The translations under genes and the position numbers were made by a program. Source: Eledone cirrhosa (lineage: Eukaryota). Taken from it: a stretch of 64,000 nucleotides of DNA. Shown here one piece after another: positions 32,801 through 46,900 of the stretch. Below the pieces are notes generated by a model. It saw only the letters and a program-made list of their open reading frames with translations, did not search any database and was not told the origin of the DNA. The stretch spans positions 75,888,001 through 75,952,000 of the forward strand of contig OZ024743.1 of the NCBI GenBank assembly GCA_964016885.1, in the 5' to 3' direction. The number at the start of each line of letters is the position of its first letter. Positions within the stretch are counted from its first letter, which is position 1.

Positions 32801-34080
32801 ATATATAGGTAGTGAGGACTATTGTATTATATATGGCTAGTCATGTCTATGGTATTATATATAGCTAGTGAGGTCTATTTTATTATATATAGCTGGTGAG
32901 GTCTATTGTATTATATATAGCTAGTGAGGTCTATTGTATTATATATAGCTGGTGCGGTCTATTGTATTATATATAGCTGGTGAGTTCTATTGTATTATAT
33001 ATAGCTGGTGCGGTCTATTGTATTATATATAGCTGGTCAGGTCTATCGTATTATATATAGCTAGTGAGGTCTATTTTATTATATATAGCTAGTGCGGTCT
33101 ATTGTATTATATATAGCTAGTGAGGTCTATTGTATTATATATAGCTGGTGAAGTCTATTGTATTATATATAAGTAGTGAGGTCTATTGTATTATATATAG
33201 CTGGTGAGGTCTATTGTATTATATACAGCTAGTGAGGTCTAGTTTATTATATACAGCTAGTGAGGTCTATTGTATTATATATAGCTAGAGAGGTCTATTG
33301 TATTATATATAGCTGGTGAGGTCTATTGTATTATATATAGCTAGTGAGGTCTATTGTATTATATATAGCTGGTGAGGTCTATTGTATTATATATAGCTGG
33401 TGAAGTCTATTGTATTATATATAGCTGGTGAAGTCTATTGTATTATATATAGCTAGTGAGGTCTATTGGATTATATATAGCTGGTGAGGTCTATTGTATT
33501 ATATATAGCTAGTGAGGTCTATTGGATTATATATAGCTAGTGAGGTCTATTGTATTATATATAGATGGTGAGGTCTATTGTATTATATATAGCTGCTGAA
33601 GTCTATTGTATTATATATAGCTGGTGAGGTCTATTGTATTATATATAGCTAGTGAGGTCTATTGGATTATATATAGCTGGTAAGGTCTATTTTATTATAT
33701 ATAGCTAGTGAGGTCTATTCTATTATATATAGCTGGTGAGGTCTATTGTATTATATACAGCTAGTGAGGTCTATTGTATTATATATAGCTAGTGATGACT
33801 ATTGTATTATATATAGCTGGTGCGGTCTATTGTATTATATATAGCTGGTGAGGTCTATTGTATTATATATAGCTGGTGCGGTCTATTGTATTATATATAG
33901 CTGGTCAGGTCTATTGTATTATATATAGCTAGTGAGGTCTATTTTATTATATATAGCTAGTGCGGTCTATTGTATTATATATAGCTGGTGAGGTCTATTG
34001 TATTATATATAGCTAGTGAGGTCTATTGTATTATATATAGCTGGTGAGGTCTATTGTATTATATATAGCTGGTGAGGTCT
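29839..34080. repeat. Higher-order triplication inside the satellite, about 51-53 monomers per copy
   Basis: Marker GGCTGGTGAGGTTTATTG...AGGTAGTGAGGACT at 29839, 31267 and 32751 (offsets 1428 = 51x28 and 1484 = 53x28); rare GTCTAGTTT and AAGTAGTG variants occur in each copy. Right boundary approximate. Confidence 0.85.
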
Positions 34081-37000
34081 ATTGTATTATATATATAGCT
34101 AGTGTGGTCTATTGTATTATATATAGCTAGTGATGACTATTGTATTATATATAGCTAGTGAGGTCTATTGTATTTTATATAGCTGGGGCGGTCTTTTGAC
34201 TTATATATAGCTAGTGATGACTATTGTATTATATATATCTAGTGAGGTCTATTGTATTATATATAGCTAGTGAGGTCTATTGTATTATTTATAGCTGGTG
34301 AGCTCTATTGTATTATATATAGCTAGAGAGGTCTATTGTATTATTTATAGCTGGTGAAGTCTATTATATTATATATAGCTGGTGAAGTCTATTGTATTAT
34401 ATATAGCTAGTGATGTCTATTGTATTATATATAGCTGGTGAGGTCTATTTTATTATATATAGCTAGTGAGGTCTATTGTATTATATATAGCTAGTGATGT
34501 CTATTGTATTATATATAGCTGGTGAGGTCTATTGTATTATATATAGCTAGAGAGGTCTATTGTATTATATATAGCTAGTGATGTCTATTGTATTATATAT
34601 AGCTGGTGAGGTCTATTGTATTATATATAACTAGTGAGGTCTATTGTATTATATATAGCGGGTGAGGTCTATTGTATTATATATAACTAGTGAGGTCTAT
34701 TGTATTATATATAGGTGGTAAGGTCTATTGTATTATATATAGCTAGTGAGGTCTATTGTATTATATATAGCTGGTGAGGTCTATTGTATTATATATAGCT
34801 AGTGAAGTCTATTGTATTATATATAGCTAGTGAGGTCTATTGTATTATATAAAGCCAGTGAGGTCTATTTTATTATATATAGCTAGTGAGGTCTATTGTA
34901 TTATATATAGCTGGTAAGGTCTATTGTGTTATATATAGCTACTGAGGTCTATTGTATTATATATAGCTAGTGAGGTCTATTGTATTATATATAGCTGGTG
35001 AAGTCTATTGTATTATATATAGTTAGTGAGGTCTATTGTTTTATATATAGCTGGTGAGCTCTATTGTATTATATATAGCTAGAGAGGTCTATTGTATTAT
35101 ATATAGCTGGTGAGGTCTATTGTATTATATATAGCTAGTGAGGTCTATTGTATTATATATAGCTAGTGAGGGCTATTGTATTATATATGGCTAGTCATGT
35201 CTATTGTATTATATAGCTGGTGCGGTCTATTGTATTATATATAGCTGGTGAGGTCTATTGTATTATATATAGCTGGTGAGGTCTATTTTATTATATACAG
35301 CTGGTGCGGTCTATTGAATTATATATAGCTAGTGATGACTATTGTATTATATATAGCTAGTGAGGTCTATTGTATTTTATATAGCTGGTGCGGTCTATTG
35401 TATTATATAGAGTTAGGTGAGGTCTATTGTATCATATATAGCTGGTGAGGTCTATTGTATTATATATAGCTAGTGACGTCTATTTTATTATATATAGCTA
35501 GTGCGGTCTATTGTATTATATATAGCTAGTGAGGTCTATTGTATTATATATAGCTGGTGAGGTCTATTGTATTATATATAGCTGGTGAAGTCTATTGTAT
35601 TATATATAGCTGGTGAGGTCTATTGTATTATATATAGCTGGTGAGGTCTATTGTATTATATATAGCTAGTGAGGTCTATTGTATTATATATAGCTGGTGA
35701 GGTTTATTGTATTATATAAAGCTAGTGAGGTCTATTTTATTATATATAGCTAGTGAGGGCTATTGTATTATATATGGCTAGTCATGTCTATGGTATTATA
35801 TATAGCTAGTGAGGTCTATTGTATTATATAAAGCTAGTGAGGTCTATTTTATTATATATAACTAGTGAGGTCTATTGTATTATATATAGCTGGTGAGGTC
35901 TATTGTATTATATATAGCTGGTGAGCTCTATTGTATTATATATAGCTAGAGAGGTCTATTGTATTATATATAGCTAGTGATGTCTATTGTATTATATATA
36001 ACAGGTGAGGTCTATTGTATTATATATAACTAGTGCGGTCTATTGTATTATATATAGCTGGTGAGGTCTATTGTATTATATATAGCTGGTAAGGTCTATC
36101 GTATTATATATAGCTGGTAAGGTCTATTGTATTATATATAGCTAGTGAGGTCTATTGTATTATATATAGCTGGTGAGGTCTATTGTATTATATATAGCTA
36201 GTGAGGTCTATTGTATTATATATAGCTAGTGATGTATATTGTATTATATATAGCTGGTGAGGTCCATTGCATGATATATAGCTGGTGAGGTCTATTGTAT
36301 TATATATATAGCTTGTGAGGTCTATTGTATTATATATAGCTAGTGAGGTCTATTGTATTATATATAGCTGTTGAGGTCTATTGTATTATATATAGCTAGT
36401 GAGGTCTATTGTATTATATATAGCTAGTGATGTCTATTGTATTATATATAGCTGGTCAGGTCTATTGTATTATATATAGCTAATGAGGTCTATTTTATTA
36501 TATATAGCTAGTGCGGTCTATTGTATTATATATAGCTAGTGAGGTCTATTGTATTATATATAGCTGGTGAAGTCTATTGTATTATATATAACTAGTGAGG
36601 TCTATTGTATTATATATAGCTGGTGAGGTCTATTGTATTATATACAGCTAGTGAGGTCTATTGTATTATATACAGCTAGTGAGGTCTATTGTATTATATA
36701 TAGCTAGAGAGGTCTATTGTATTATATATAGCTGGTGACGTCTATTGTATTATATATAGCTAGTGAGGTCTATTGTATTATATATAGCTGGTGAGGTCTA
36801 TTGTACTATATATAGCTGGTGAAGTCTATTGTATTATATATAGCTGGTGAAGTCTCTTGTATTATATATAGCTGGTGAGGTCTATTGTATTATATATAGC
36901 TAGTGAGGTCTATTGGATTATATATAGCTGGTGAGGTCTATTGTATTATATATAGCTAGTGAGGTCTATTGTATTATATAAAGCCAGTGAGGTCTATTTT

Positions 37001-37979
37001 ATTATATATAGCTAGTGAGGTCTATTGTATTATATATAGCTGGTGAGGTCTATTGTATTATATACAGCTAGTGAGGTCTATTGTATTATATATAGCTAGT
37101 GATGTCTATTGTATTATATATAGCTGGTGCGGTCTCTTGTATTATATATAGCTGGTGAGGTCTATTGTATTATATATAGATGGTGCGGTCTATTGTATTA
37201 TATATAGCTGGTCAGGTCTATTGTATTATATATAGCTAGTGAGGTCTATTTTATTATATATAGCTAGTGCGGTCTATTGTATTATATAAAGCCAGTGAGG
37301 TCTATTTCATTATATATAGCTAGTGAGGTCTATTTTATTATATATAGCTGGTGAGGTCTATTGAATTATATACAGCTAGTGAGGTCTATTGTATTATATA
37401 TAGCTAGTGATGACTATTGTATTATATATAGCTAGTGAGGTCTATTGTATTTTATATAGCTGGTGCGGTCTATTGTATTATATAGAGTTAGGTGAGGTCT
37501 ATTGTATCATATATAGCTGGTGAGGTCTATTGTATTATATATAGCTAGTGAGGTCTATTTTATTATATATAGCTAGTGCGGTCTATTGTATTATATATAG
37601 CTAGTGAGGTCTATTGTATTATATATAGCTGGTGAGGTCTATTGTATTATATATAGCTGGTGAAGTCTATTGTATTATATATAGCTGGTGAGGTCTATTG
37701 TATTATATATAGCTGGTGAGGTCTATTGTATTATATATAGCTAGTGAGGTCTATTGTATTATATATAGCTGGTGAGGTTTATTGTATTATATAAAGCTAG
37801 TGAGGTCTATTTTATTATATATAGCTAGTGAGGGCTATTGTATTATATATGGCTAGTCATGTCTACGGTATTATATATAGCTAGTGAGGTCTATTGTATT
37901 ATATATATAGCTGGTGAGGTCTATTGTATTATATATAGCTGGTGAGCTCTATTGTATTATATATAGCTAGAGAGGTCTA

Positions 37980-40900
37980 TTGTATTATATATAGCTGGTG
38001 AGGTCTATTTTATTATATATAGCTGGTGAAGTCTATTATATTATATATAGCTGGTGAAGTCTATTGTATTATATATAGCTAGTGATGTCTATTGTATTAT
38101 ATATAGCTAGCGATGTCTATTGTATTATATATAACTGGTGAGGTCTATTGTATTATATATAACTAGTGAGGTCTATTGAATTATATATAGCTGGTGAGGT
38201 CTATTGTATTATATATAGCTGGAAAGGTCTATCGTATTATATATAGCTGGTAAGGTATATTGTATTATATATAGCTAGTGAGGTCTATTGTATTATATAT
38301 AGCTGGTGAGGTCTATTGTATTATATATAGCTAGTGAGGTCTATTGTATTATATATAGCTAGTGATGTATATTGTATTATATATAGCTGGTGAGGTCCAT
38401 TGTATGATATATAGCTGTTGAGGTCTATTGTATTATATATATAGCTAGTGAGGTCTATTGTATTATATATAGCTAGTGAGGTCTATTGTATTATATATAG
38501 CTAGTGATGACTATTGTATTATATATAGCTAGTGAGGTCTATTGTATTTTATATAGCTGGTGCGGTCTATTGTATTATATAGAGTTAGGTGAGGCCTATT
38601 GTATCATATATAGCTGGTGAGGTCTATTGTATTATATATAGCTAGTGACGTCTATTTTATTATATATAGCTAGTGCGGTCTATTGTATTATATATAGCTA
38701 GTGAGGTCTATTGTATTATATATAGCTGGTGAGGTCTATTGTATTATATATAGCTGGTGAAGTCTATTGTATTATATATAGCTGGTGAGGTCTATTGTAT
38801 TATATATAGCTGGTGAGGTCTATTGTATTATATATAGCTAGTGAGGTCTATTGTATTATATATAGCTGGTGAGGTTTATTGTATTATATAAAGCTAGTGA
38901 GGTCTATTTTATTATATATAGCTAGTGAGGGCTATTGTATTATATATGGCTAGTCATGTCTATGGTATTATATATAGCTAGTGAGGTCTATTGTATTATA
39001 TAAAGCTAGTGAGGTCTATTTTATTATATATAACTAGTGAGGTCTATTGTATTATATATAGCTGGTGAGGTCTATTGTATTATATATAGCTGGTGAGCTC
39101 TATTGTATTATATATAGCTAGAGAGGTCTATTGTATTATATATAGCTGGTGAGGTCTATTTTATTATATATAGCTGGTGAAGTCTATTATATTATATATA
39201 GCTGGTGAAGTCTATTGTATTATATATAGCTAGTGATGTCTATTGTATTATATATAGCTAGTGATGTCTATTGTATTATATATAACAGGTGAGGTCTATT
39301 GTATTATATATAACTAGTGCGGTCTATTGTATTATATATAGCTGGTGAGGTCTATTGTATTATATATAGCTGGTAAGGTCTATCGTATTATATATAGCTG
39401 GTAAGGTCTATTGTATTATATATAGCTAGTGAGGTCTATTGTATTATATATAGCTGGTGAGGTCTATTGTATTATATATAGCTAGTGAGGTCTATTGTAT
39501 TATATATAGCTAGTGATGTATATTGTATTATATATAGCTGGTGAGGTCCATTGTATGATATATAGCTGGTGAGGTCTATTGTATTATATATATAGCTTGT
39601 GAGGTCTATTGTATTATATATAGCTAGTGAGGTCTATTGTATTATATATAGCTGTTGAGGTCTATTGTATTATATATAGCTAGTGAGGTCTATTGTATTA
39701 TATATAGCTAGTGATGTCTATTGTATTATATATAGCTGGTCAGGTCTATTGTATTATATATAGCTAGTGAGGTCTATTTTATTATATATAGCTAGTGCGG
39801 TCTATTGTATTATATATAGCTAGTGAGGTCTATTGTATTATATATAGCTGGTGAAGTCTATTGTATTATATATAACTAGTGAGGTCTATTGTATTATATA
39901 TAGCTGGTGAGGTCTATTGTATTATATACAGCTAGTGAGGTCTATTGTATTATATACAGCTAGTGAGGTCTATTGTATTATATATAGCTAGAGAGGTCTA
40001 TTGTATTATATATAGCTGGTGACGTCTATTGTATTATATATAGCTAGTGAGGTCTATTGTATTATATATAGCTGGTGAGGTCTATTGTATTATATATAGC
40101 TGGTGAAGTCTATTGTATTATATATAGCTGGTGAAGTCTCTTGTATTATATATAGCTGGTGAGGTCTATTGTATTATATATAGCTAGTGAGGTCTATTGG
40201 ATTATATATAGCTGGTGAGGTCTATTGTATTATATATAGCTAGTGAGGTCTATTGTATTATATAAAGCCAGTGAGGTCTATTTTATTATATATAGCTAGT
40301 GAGGTCTATTGTATTATATATAGCTGGTGAGGTCTATTGTATTATATACAGCTAGTGAGGTCTATTGTATTATATATAGCTAGTGATGTCTATTGTATTA
40401 TATATAGCTGGTGCGGTCTCTTGTATTATATATAGCTGGTGAGGTCTATTGTATTATATATAGATGGTGCGGTCTATTGTATTATATATAGCTGGTCAGG
40501 TCTATTGTATTATATATAGCTAGTGAGGTCTATTTTATTATATATAGCTAGTGCGGTCTATTGTATTATATAAAGCCAGTGAGGTCTATTTTATTATATA
40601 TAGCTAGTGAGGTCTATTGTATTATATATAGCTGGTGAGGTCTATTGAATTATATACAGCTAGTGAGGTCTATTGTATTATATATAGCTAGTGATGACTA
40701 TTGTATTATATATAGCTAGTGAGGTCTATTGTATTTTATATAGCTGGTGCGGTCTATTGTATTATATAGAGTTAGGTGAGGTCTATTGTATTATATATAG
40801 CTGGTGAGGTCTATTGTATTATATATGGCTAGTCATGTCTGCGGTATTATATATAGCTAGTGAGGTCTATTGTATTATATAAAGCTAGTGAGGTCTATTT

Positions 40901-43900
40901 TATTATATATAGCTAGTGATGTATATTGTATTATATATAGCTGGTGAGGTCCATTGTATGATATATAGCTGTTGAGGTCTATTGTATTATATATAGCTGG
41001 TGAGGTCTATTTTATTATATATAGCTGGTGAAGTCTATTATATTATATATAGCTGGTGAAGTCTATTGTATTATATATAGCTAGTGATGTCTATTGTATT
41101 ATATATAGCTAGCGATGTCTATTGTATTATATATAACTGGTGAGGTCTATTGTATTATATATAACTAGTGAGGTCTATTGAATTATATATAGCTGGTGAG
41201 GTCTATTGTATTATATATAGCTGGAAAGGTCTATCGTATTATATAGAGCTGGTAAGGTATATTGTATTATATATAGCTAGTGAGGTCTATTGTATTATAT
41301 ATAGCTGGTGAGGTCTATTGTATTATATATAGCTAGTGAGGTCTATTGTATTATATATAGCTAGTGATGTATATTGTATTATATATAGCTGGTGAGGTCC
41401 ATTGTATGATATATAGCTGTTGAGGTCTATTGTATTATATATATAGCTAGTGAGGTCTATTGTATTATATATAGCTAGTGAGGTCTATTGTATTATATAT
41501 AGCTAGTGATGACTATTGTATTATATATAGCTAGTGAGGTCTATTGTATTTTATATAGCTGGTGCGGTCTATTGTATTATATAGAGTTAGGTGAGGCCTA
41601 TTGTATCATATATAGCTGGTGAGGTCTATTGTATTATATATAGCTAGTGACGTCTATTTTATTATATATAGCTAGTGCGGTCTATTGTATTATATATAGC
41701 TAGTGAGGTCTATTGTATTATATATAGCTGGTGAGGTCTATTGTATTATAAATAGCTGGTGAAGTCTATTGTATTATATATAGCTGGTGAGGTCTATTGT
41801 ATTATATATAGCTGGTGAGGTCTATTGTATTATATATAGCTAGTGAGGTCTATTGTATTATATATAGCTGGTGAGGTTTATTGTATTATATAAAGCTAGT
41901 GAGGTCTATTTTATTATATATAGCTAGTGAGGGCTATTGTATTATATATGGCTAGTCATGTCTATGGTATTATATATAGCTAGTGAGGTCTATTGTATTA
42001 TATAAAGCTAGTGAGGTCTATTTTATTATATATAACTAGTGAGGTCTATTGTATTATATATAGCTGGTGAGGTCTATTGTATTATATATAGCTGGTGAGC
42101 TCTATTGTATTATATATAGCTAGAGAGGTCTATTGTATTATATATAGCTGGTGAGGTCTATTTTATTATATATAGCTGGTGAAGTCTATTATATTATATA
42201 TAGCTGGTGAAGTCTATTGTATTATATATAGCTAGTGATGTCTATTGTATTATATATAGCTAGTGATGTCTATTGTATTATATATAACAGGTGAGGTCTA
42301 TTGTATTATATATAACTAGTGCGGTCTATTGTATTATATATAGCTGGTGAGGTCTATTGTATTATATATAGCTGGTAAGGTCTATCGTATTATATATAGC
42401 TGGTAAGGTCTATTGTATTATATATAGCTAGTGAGGTCTATTGTATTATATATAGCTGGTGAGGTCTATTGTATTATATATAGCTAGTGAGGTCTATTGT
42501 ATTATATATAGCTAGTGATGTATATTGTATTATATATAGCTGGTGAGGTCCATTGTATGATATATAGCTGGTGAGGTCTATTGTATTATATATATAGCTT
42601 GTGAGGTCTATTGTATTATATATAGCTAGTGAGGTCTATTGTATTATATATAGCTGTTGAGGTCTATTGTATTATATATAGCTAGTGAGGTCTATTGTAT
42701 TATATATAGCTAGTGATGTCTATTGTATTATATATAGCTGGTCAGGTCTATTGTATTATATATAGCTAGTGAGGTCTATTTTATTATATATAGCTAGTGC
42801 GGTCTATTGTATTATATATAGCTAGTGAGGTCTATTGTATTATATATAGCTGGTGAAGTCTATTGTATTATATATAACTAGTGAGGTCTATTGTATTATA
42901 TATAGCTGGTGAGGTCTATTGTATTATATACAGCTAGTGAGGTCTATTGTATTATATACAGCTAGTGAGGTCTATTGTATTATATATAGCTAGAGAGGTC
43001 TATTGTATTATATATAGCTGGTGACGTCTATTGTATTATATATAGCTAGTGAGGTCTATTGTATTATATATAGCTGGTGAGGTCTATTGTATTATATATA
43101 GCTGGTGAAGTCTATTGTATTATATATAGCTGGTGAAGTCTCTTGTATTATATATAGCTGGTGAGGTCTATTGTATTATATATAGCTAGTGAGGTCTATT
43201 GGATTATATATAGCTGGTGAGGTCTATTGTATTATATATAGCTAGTGAGGTCTATTGTATTATATAAAGCCAGTGAGGTCTATTTTATTATATATAGCTA
43301 GTGAGGTCTATTGTATTATATATAGCTGGTGAGGTCTATTGTATTATATACAGCTAGTGAGGTCTATTGTATTATATATAGCTAGTGATGTCTATTGTAT
43401 TATATATAGCTGGTGCGGTCTCTTGTATTATATATAGCTGGTGAGGTCTATTGTATTATATATAGATGGTGCGGTCTATTGTATTATATATAGCTGGTCA
43501 GGTCTATTGTATTATATATAGCTAGTGAGGTCTATTTTATTATATATAGCTAGTGCGGTCTATTGTATTATATAAAGCCAGTGAGGTCTATTTTATTATA
43601 TATAGCTAGTGAGGTCTATTGTATTATATATAGCTGGTGAGGTCTATTGAATTATATACAGCTAGTGAGGTCTATTGTATTATATATAGCTAGTGATGAC
43701 TATTGTATTATATATAGCTAGTGAGGTCTATTGTATTTTATATAGCTGGTGCGGTCTATTGTATTATATAGAGTTAGGTGAGGTCTATTGTATTATATAT
43801 AGCTGGTGAGGTCTATTGTATTATATATGGCTAGTCATGTCTGCGGTATTATATATAGCTAGTGAGGTCTATTGTATTATATAAAGCTAGTGAGGTCTAT

Positions 43901-43985
43901 TTTATTATATATAGCTAGTGATGTATATTGTATTATATATAGCTGGTGAGGTCCATTGTATGATATATAGCTGTTGAGGTCTATT
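37980..43985. repeat. Higher-order tandem duplication inside the satellite, period 3002 bp (107 monomers)
   Basis: GGAAAGGTCTATCG at 38221/41223 and GCGGTATT at 40841/43843, both offset 3002. Boundaries approximate. Confidence 0.88.
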
Positions 43986-46900
43986 GTATTATATATATAG
44001 CTAGTGAGGTCTATTGTATTATATATAGCTGTTGAGGTCTATTGTATTATATATAGCTGTTGAGGTCTATTGTATTATATATAGCTAGTGAGGTCTATTG
44101 TATTATATATAGCTAGTGATGTCTATTGTATTATATATAGCTGGTCAGGTCTATTGTATTATATATAGCTAGTGAGGTCTATTTTATTATATATAGCTAG
44201 TGCGGTCTATTGTATTATATATAGCTAGTGAGGTCTATTGTATTATATATAGCTGGTGAAGTCTATTGTATTATATATAACTAGTGAGGTCTATTGTATT
44301 ATATATAGCTGGTGAGGTCTATTGTATTATATACAGCTAGTGAGGTCTATTGTATTATATACAGCTGGTGAGGTCTATTGTATTATATATAGCTAGAGAG
44401 GTCTATTGTAATATATATAGCTGGTGAGGTCTATTGTATTATATATAGCTAGTGAGGTCTATTGTATTATATATAGCTGGTGAGGTCTATTGTATTATAT
44501 ATAGCTGGTGAAGTCTATTGTATTATATATAGCTGGTGAGGTCTCTTGTATTATATATAGCTGGTGAGGTCTATTGTATTATATATAGCTAGTGAGGTCT
44601 ATTGGATTATATATAGCTGGTGAGGTCTATTGTATTATATATAGCTAGTGAGGTCTATTGTATTATATAAAGCCAGTGAGGTCTATTTTATTATATATAG
44701 CTAGTGAGGTCTATTGTATTATATATAGCTGGTGAGGTCTATTGTATTATATACAGCTAGTGAGGTCTATTGTATTATATATAGCTAGTGATGTCTATTG
44801 TATTATATATAGCTGGTGCGGTCTATTGTATTATATATAGCTGGTGAGGTCTATTGTATTATATATAGCTGGTGCGGTCTATTGTATTATATATAGCTGG
44901 TCAGGTCTATTGTATTATATATAGCTAGTGAGGTCTATTTTATTATATATAGCTAGTGAGGTCTATTGTATTATATATAGCTGGTGAGGTCTATTGTATT
45001 ATATATGGCTGGTGAGCTCTATTGTATTATATATAGCTAGAGAGGTCTATTGTATTATATATAGCTGGTGAGGTCTATTTTATTATATATATCTGGTGAA
45101 GTCTATTATATTATATATAGCTGGTGAAGTCTATTGTATTATATATAGCTAGTGATGTCTATTGTATTATATATAGCTAGTGATGTCTATTGTATTATAT
45201 ATAACTGGTGAGGTCTATTGTATTATATATAACTAGTGAGGTCTATTGTATTATATATAGCTGGTGAGGTCTATTGTATTATATATAGCTGGTAAGGTCT
45301 ATCGTATTATATATAGCTGGTAAGGTCTATTGTATTATATATAGCTAGTGAGGTCTATTGTATAATATATAGCTGGTGAGGTCTATTGTATTATATATAG
45401 CTAGTGAGGTGTATTGTATTATATATAGCTAGTGATGTATATTGTATTATATATAGCTGGTGAGGTCCATTGTATGATATATAGCTGTTGAGGTCTATTG
45501 TATTATATATATAGCTAGTGAGGTCTATTGTATTATATATAGCTGTTGAGGTCTATTGTATTATATATAGCTGTTGAGGTCTATTGTATTATATATAGCT
45601 AGTGAGGTCTATTGTATTATATATAGCTAGTGATGTCTATTGTATTATATATAGCTGGTCAGGTCTATTGTATTATATATAGCTAGTGAGGTCTATTTTA
45701 TTATATATAGCTAGTGCGGTCTATTGTATTATATATCGCTAGTGAGGTCTATTGTATTATATATAGCTGGTGAAGTCTATTGTATTATATATAACTAGTG
45801 AGGTCTATTGTATTATATATAGCTGGTGAGGTCTATTGTATTATATACAGCTAGTGAGGTCTATTGTATTATATACAGCTAGTGAGGTCTATTGTATTAT
45901 ATATAGCTAGAGAGGTCTATTGTATTATATATAGCTGGTGACGTCTATTGTATTATATATAGCTAGTGAGGTCTATTGTATTATATATAGCTGGTGAGGT
46001 CTATTGTATTATATATAGCTGGTGAAGTCTATTGTATTATATATAGCTGGTGAGGTCTATTGTATTATATATAGCTAGTGAGGTCTATTGTATTATATAA
46101 AGCCAGTCAGGTCTATTTTATTATATATAGCTAGTGAGGTCTATTGTATTATATATAGCTGGTGAGGTCTATTGTATTATATACAGCTAGTGAGGTCTAT
46201 TGCATTATATATAGCTAGTGATGTCTATTGTATTATATATAGCTGGTGCGGTCTCTTGTATTATATATAGCTGGTGAGGTCTATTGTATTATATATAGCT
46301 GGTGCGGTCTATTGTATTATATATAGCTGGTCAGGTCTATTGTATTATATATAGGTAGTGAGGTCTATTTTATTATATATAGCTAGTGCGGTCTATTGTA
46401 TTATATATAGCTAGTGAGGTCTATTGTATTATATATAGCTGGTGAAGTCTATTGTATTATATATAACTAGTGAGGTCTATTGTATTATATATAGCTGGTG
46501 AGGTCTATTGTATTATATATAGCTAGTGAGGTCTATTGTATTATATATAGCTGGTGAGGTCTATTGTATTATATATAGCTGGTGAAGTCTATTGTATTAT
46601 ATATAGCTGGTGAGGTCTCTTGTATTATATATAGCTGGTGAGGTCTATTGTATTATATATAGCTAGTGAGGTCTATTGGATTATATATAGCTGGTGAGGT
46701 CTATTGTATTATATATAGCTAGTGAGGTCTATTGTATTATATAAAGCCAGTGAGGTCTATTTTATTATATATAGCTAGTGAGGTCTATTGTATTATATAT
46801 AGCTAGTGATGACTATTGTATTATATATAGCTGGTGCGGTCTATTGTATTATATATAGCTGGTCAGGTCTATTGTATTATATATAGATAGTGAGGTCTAT

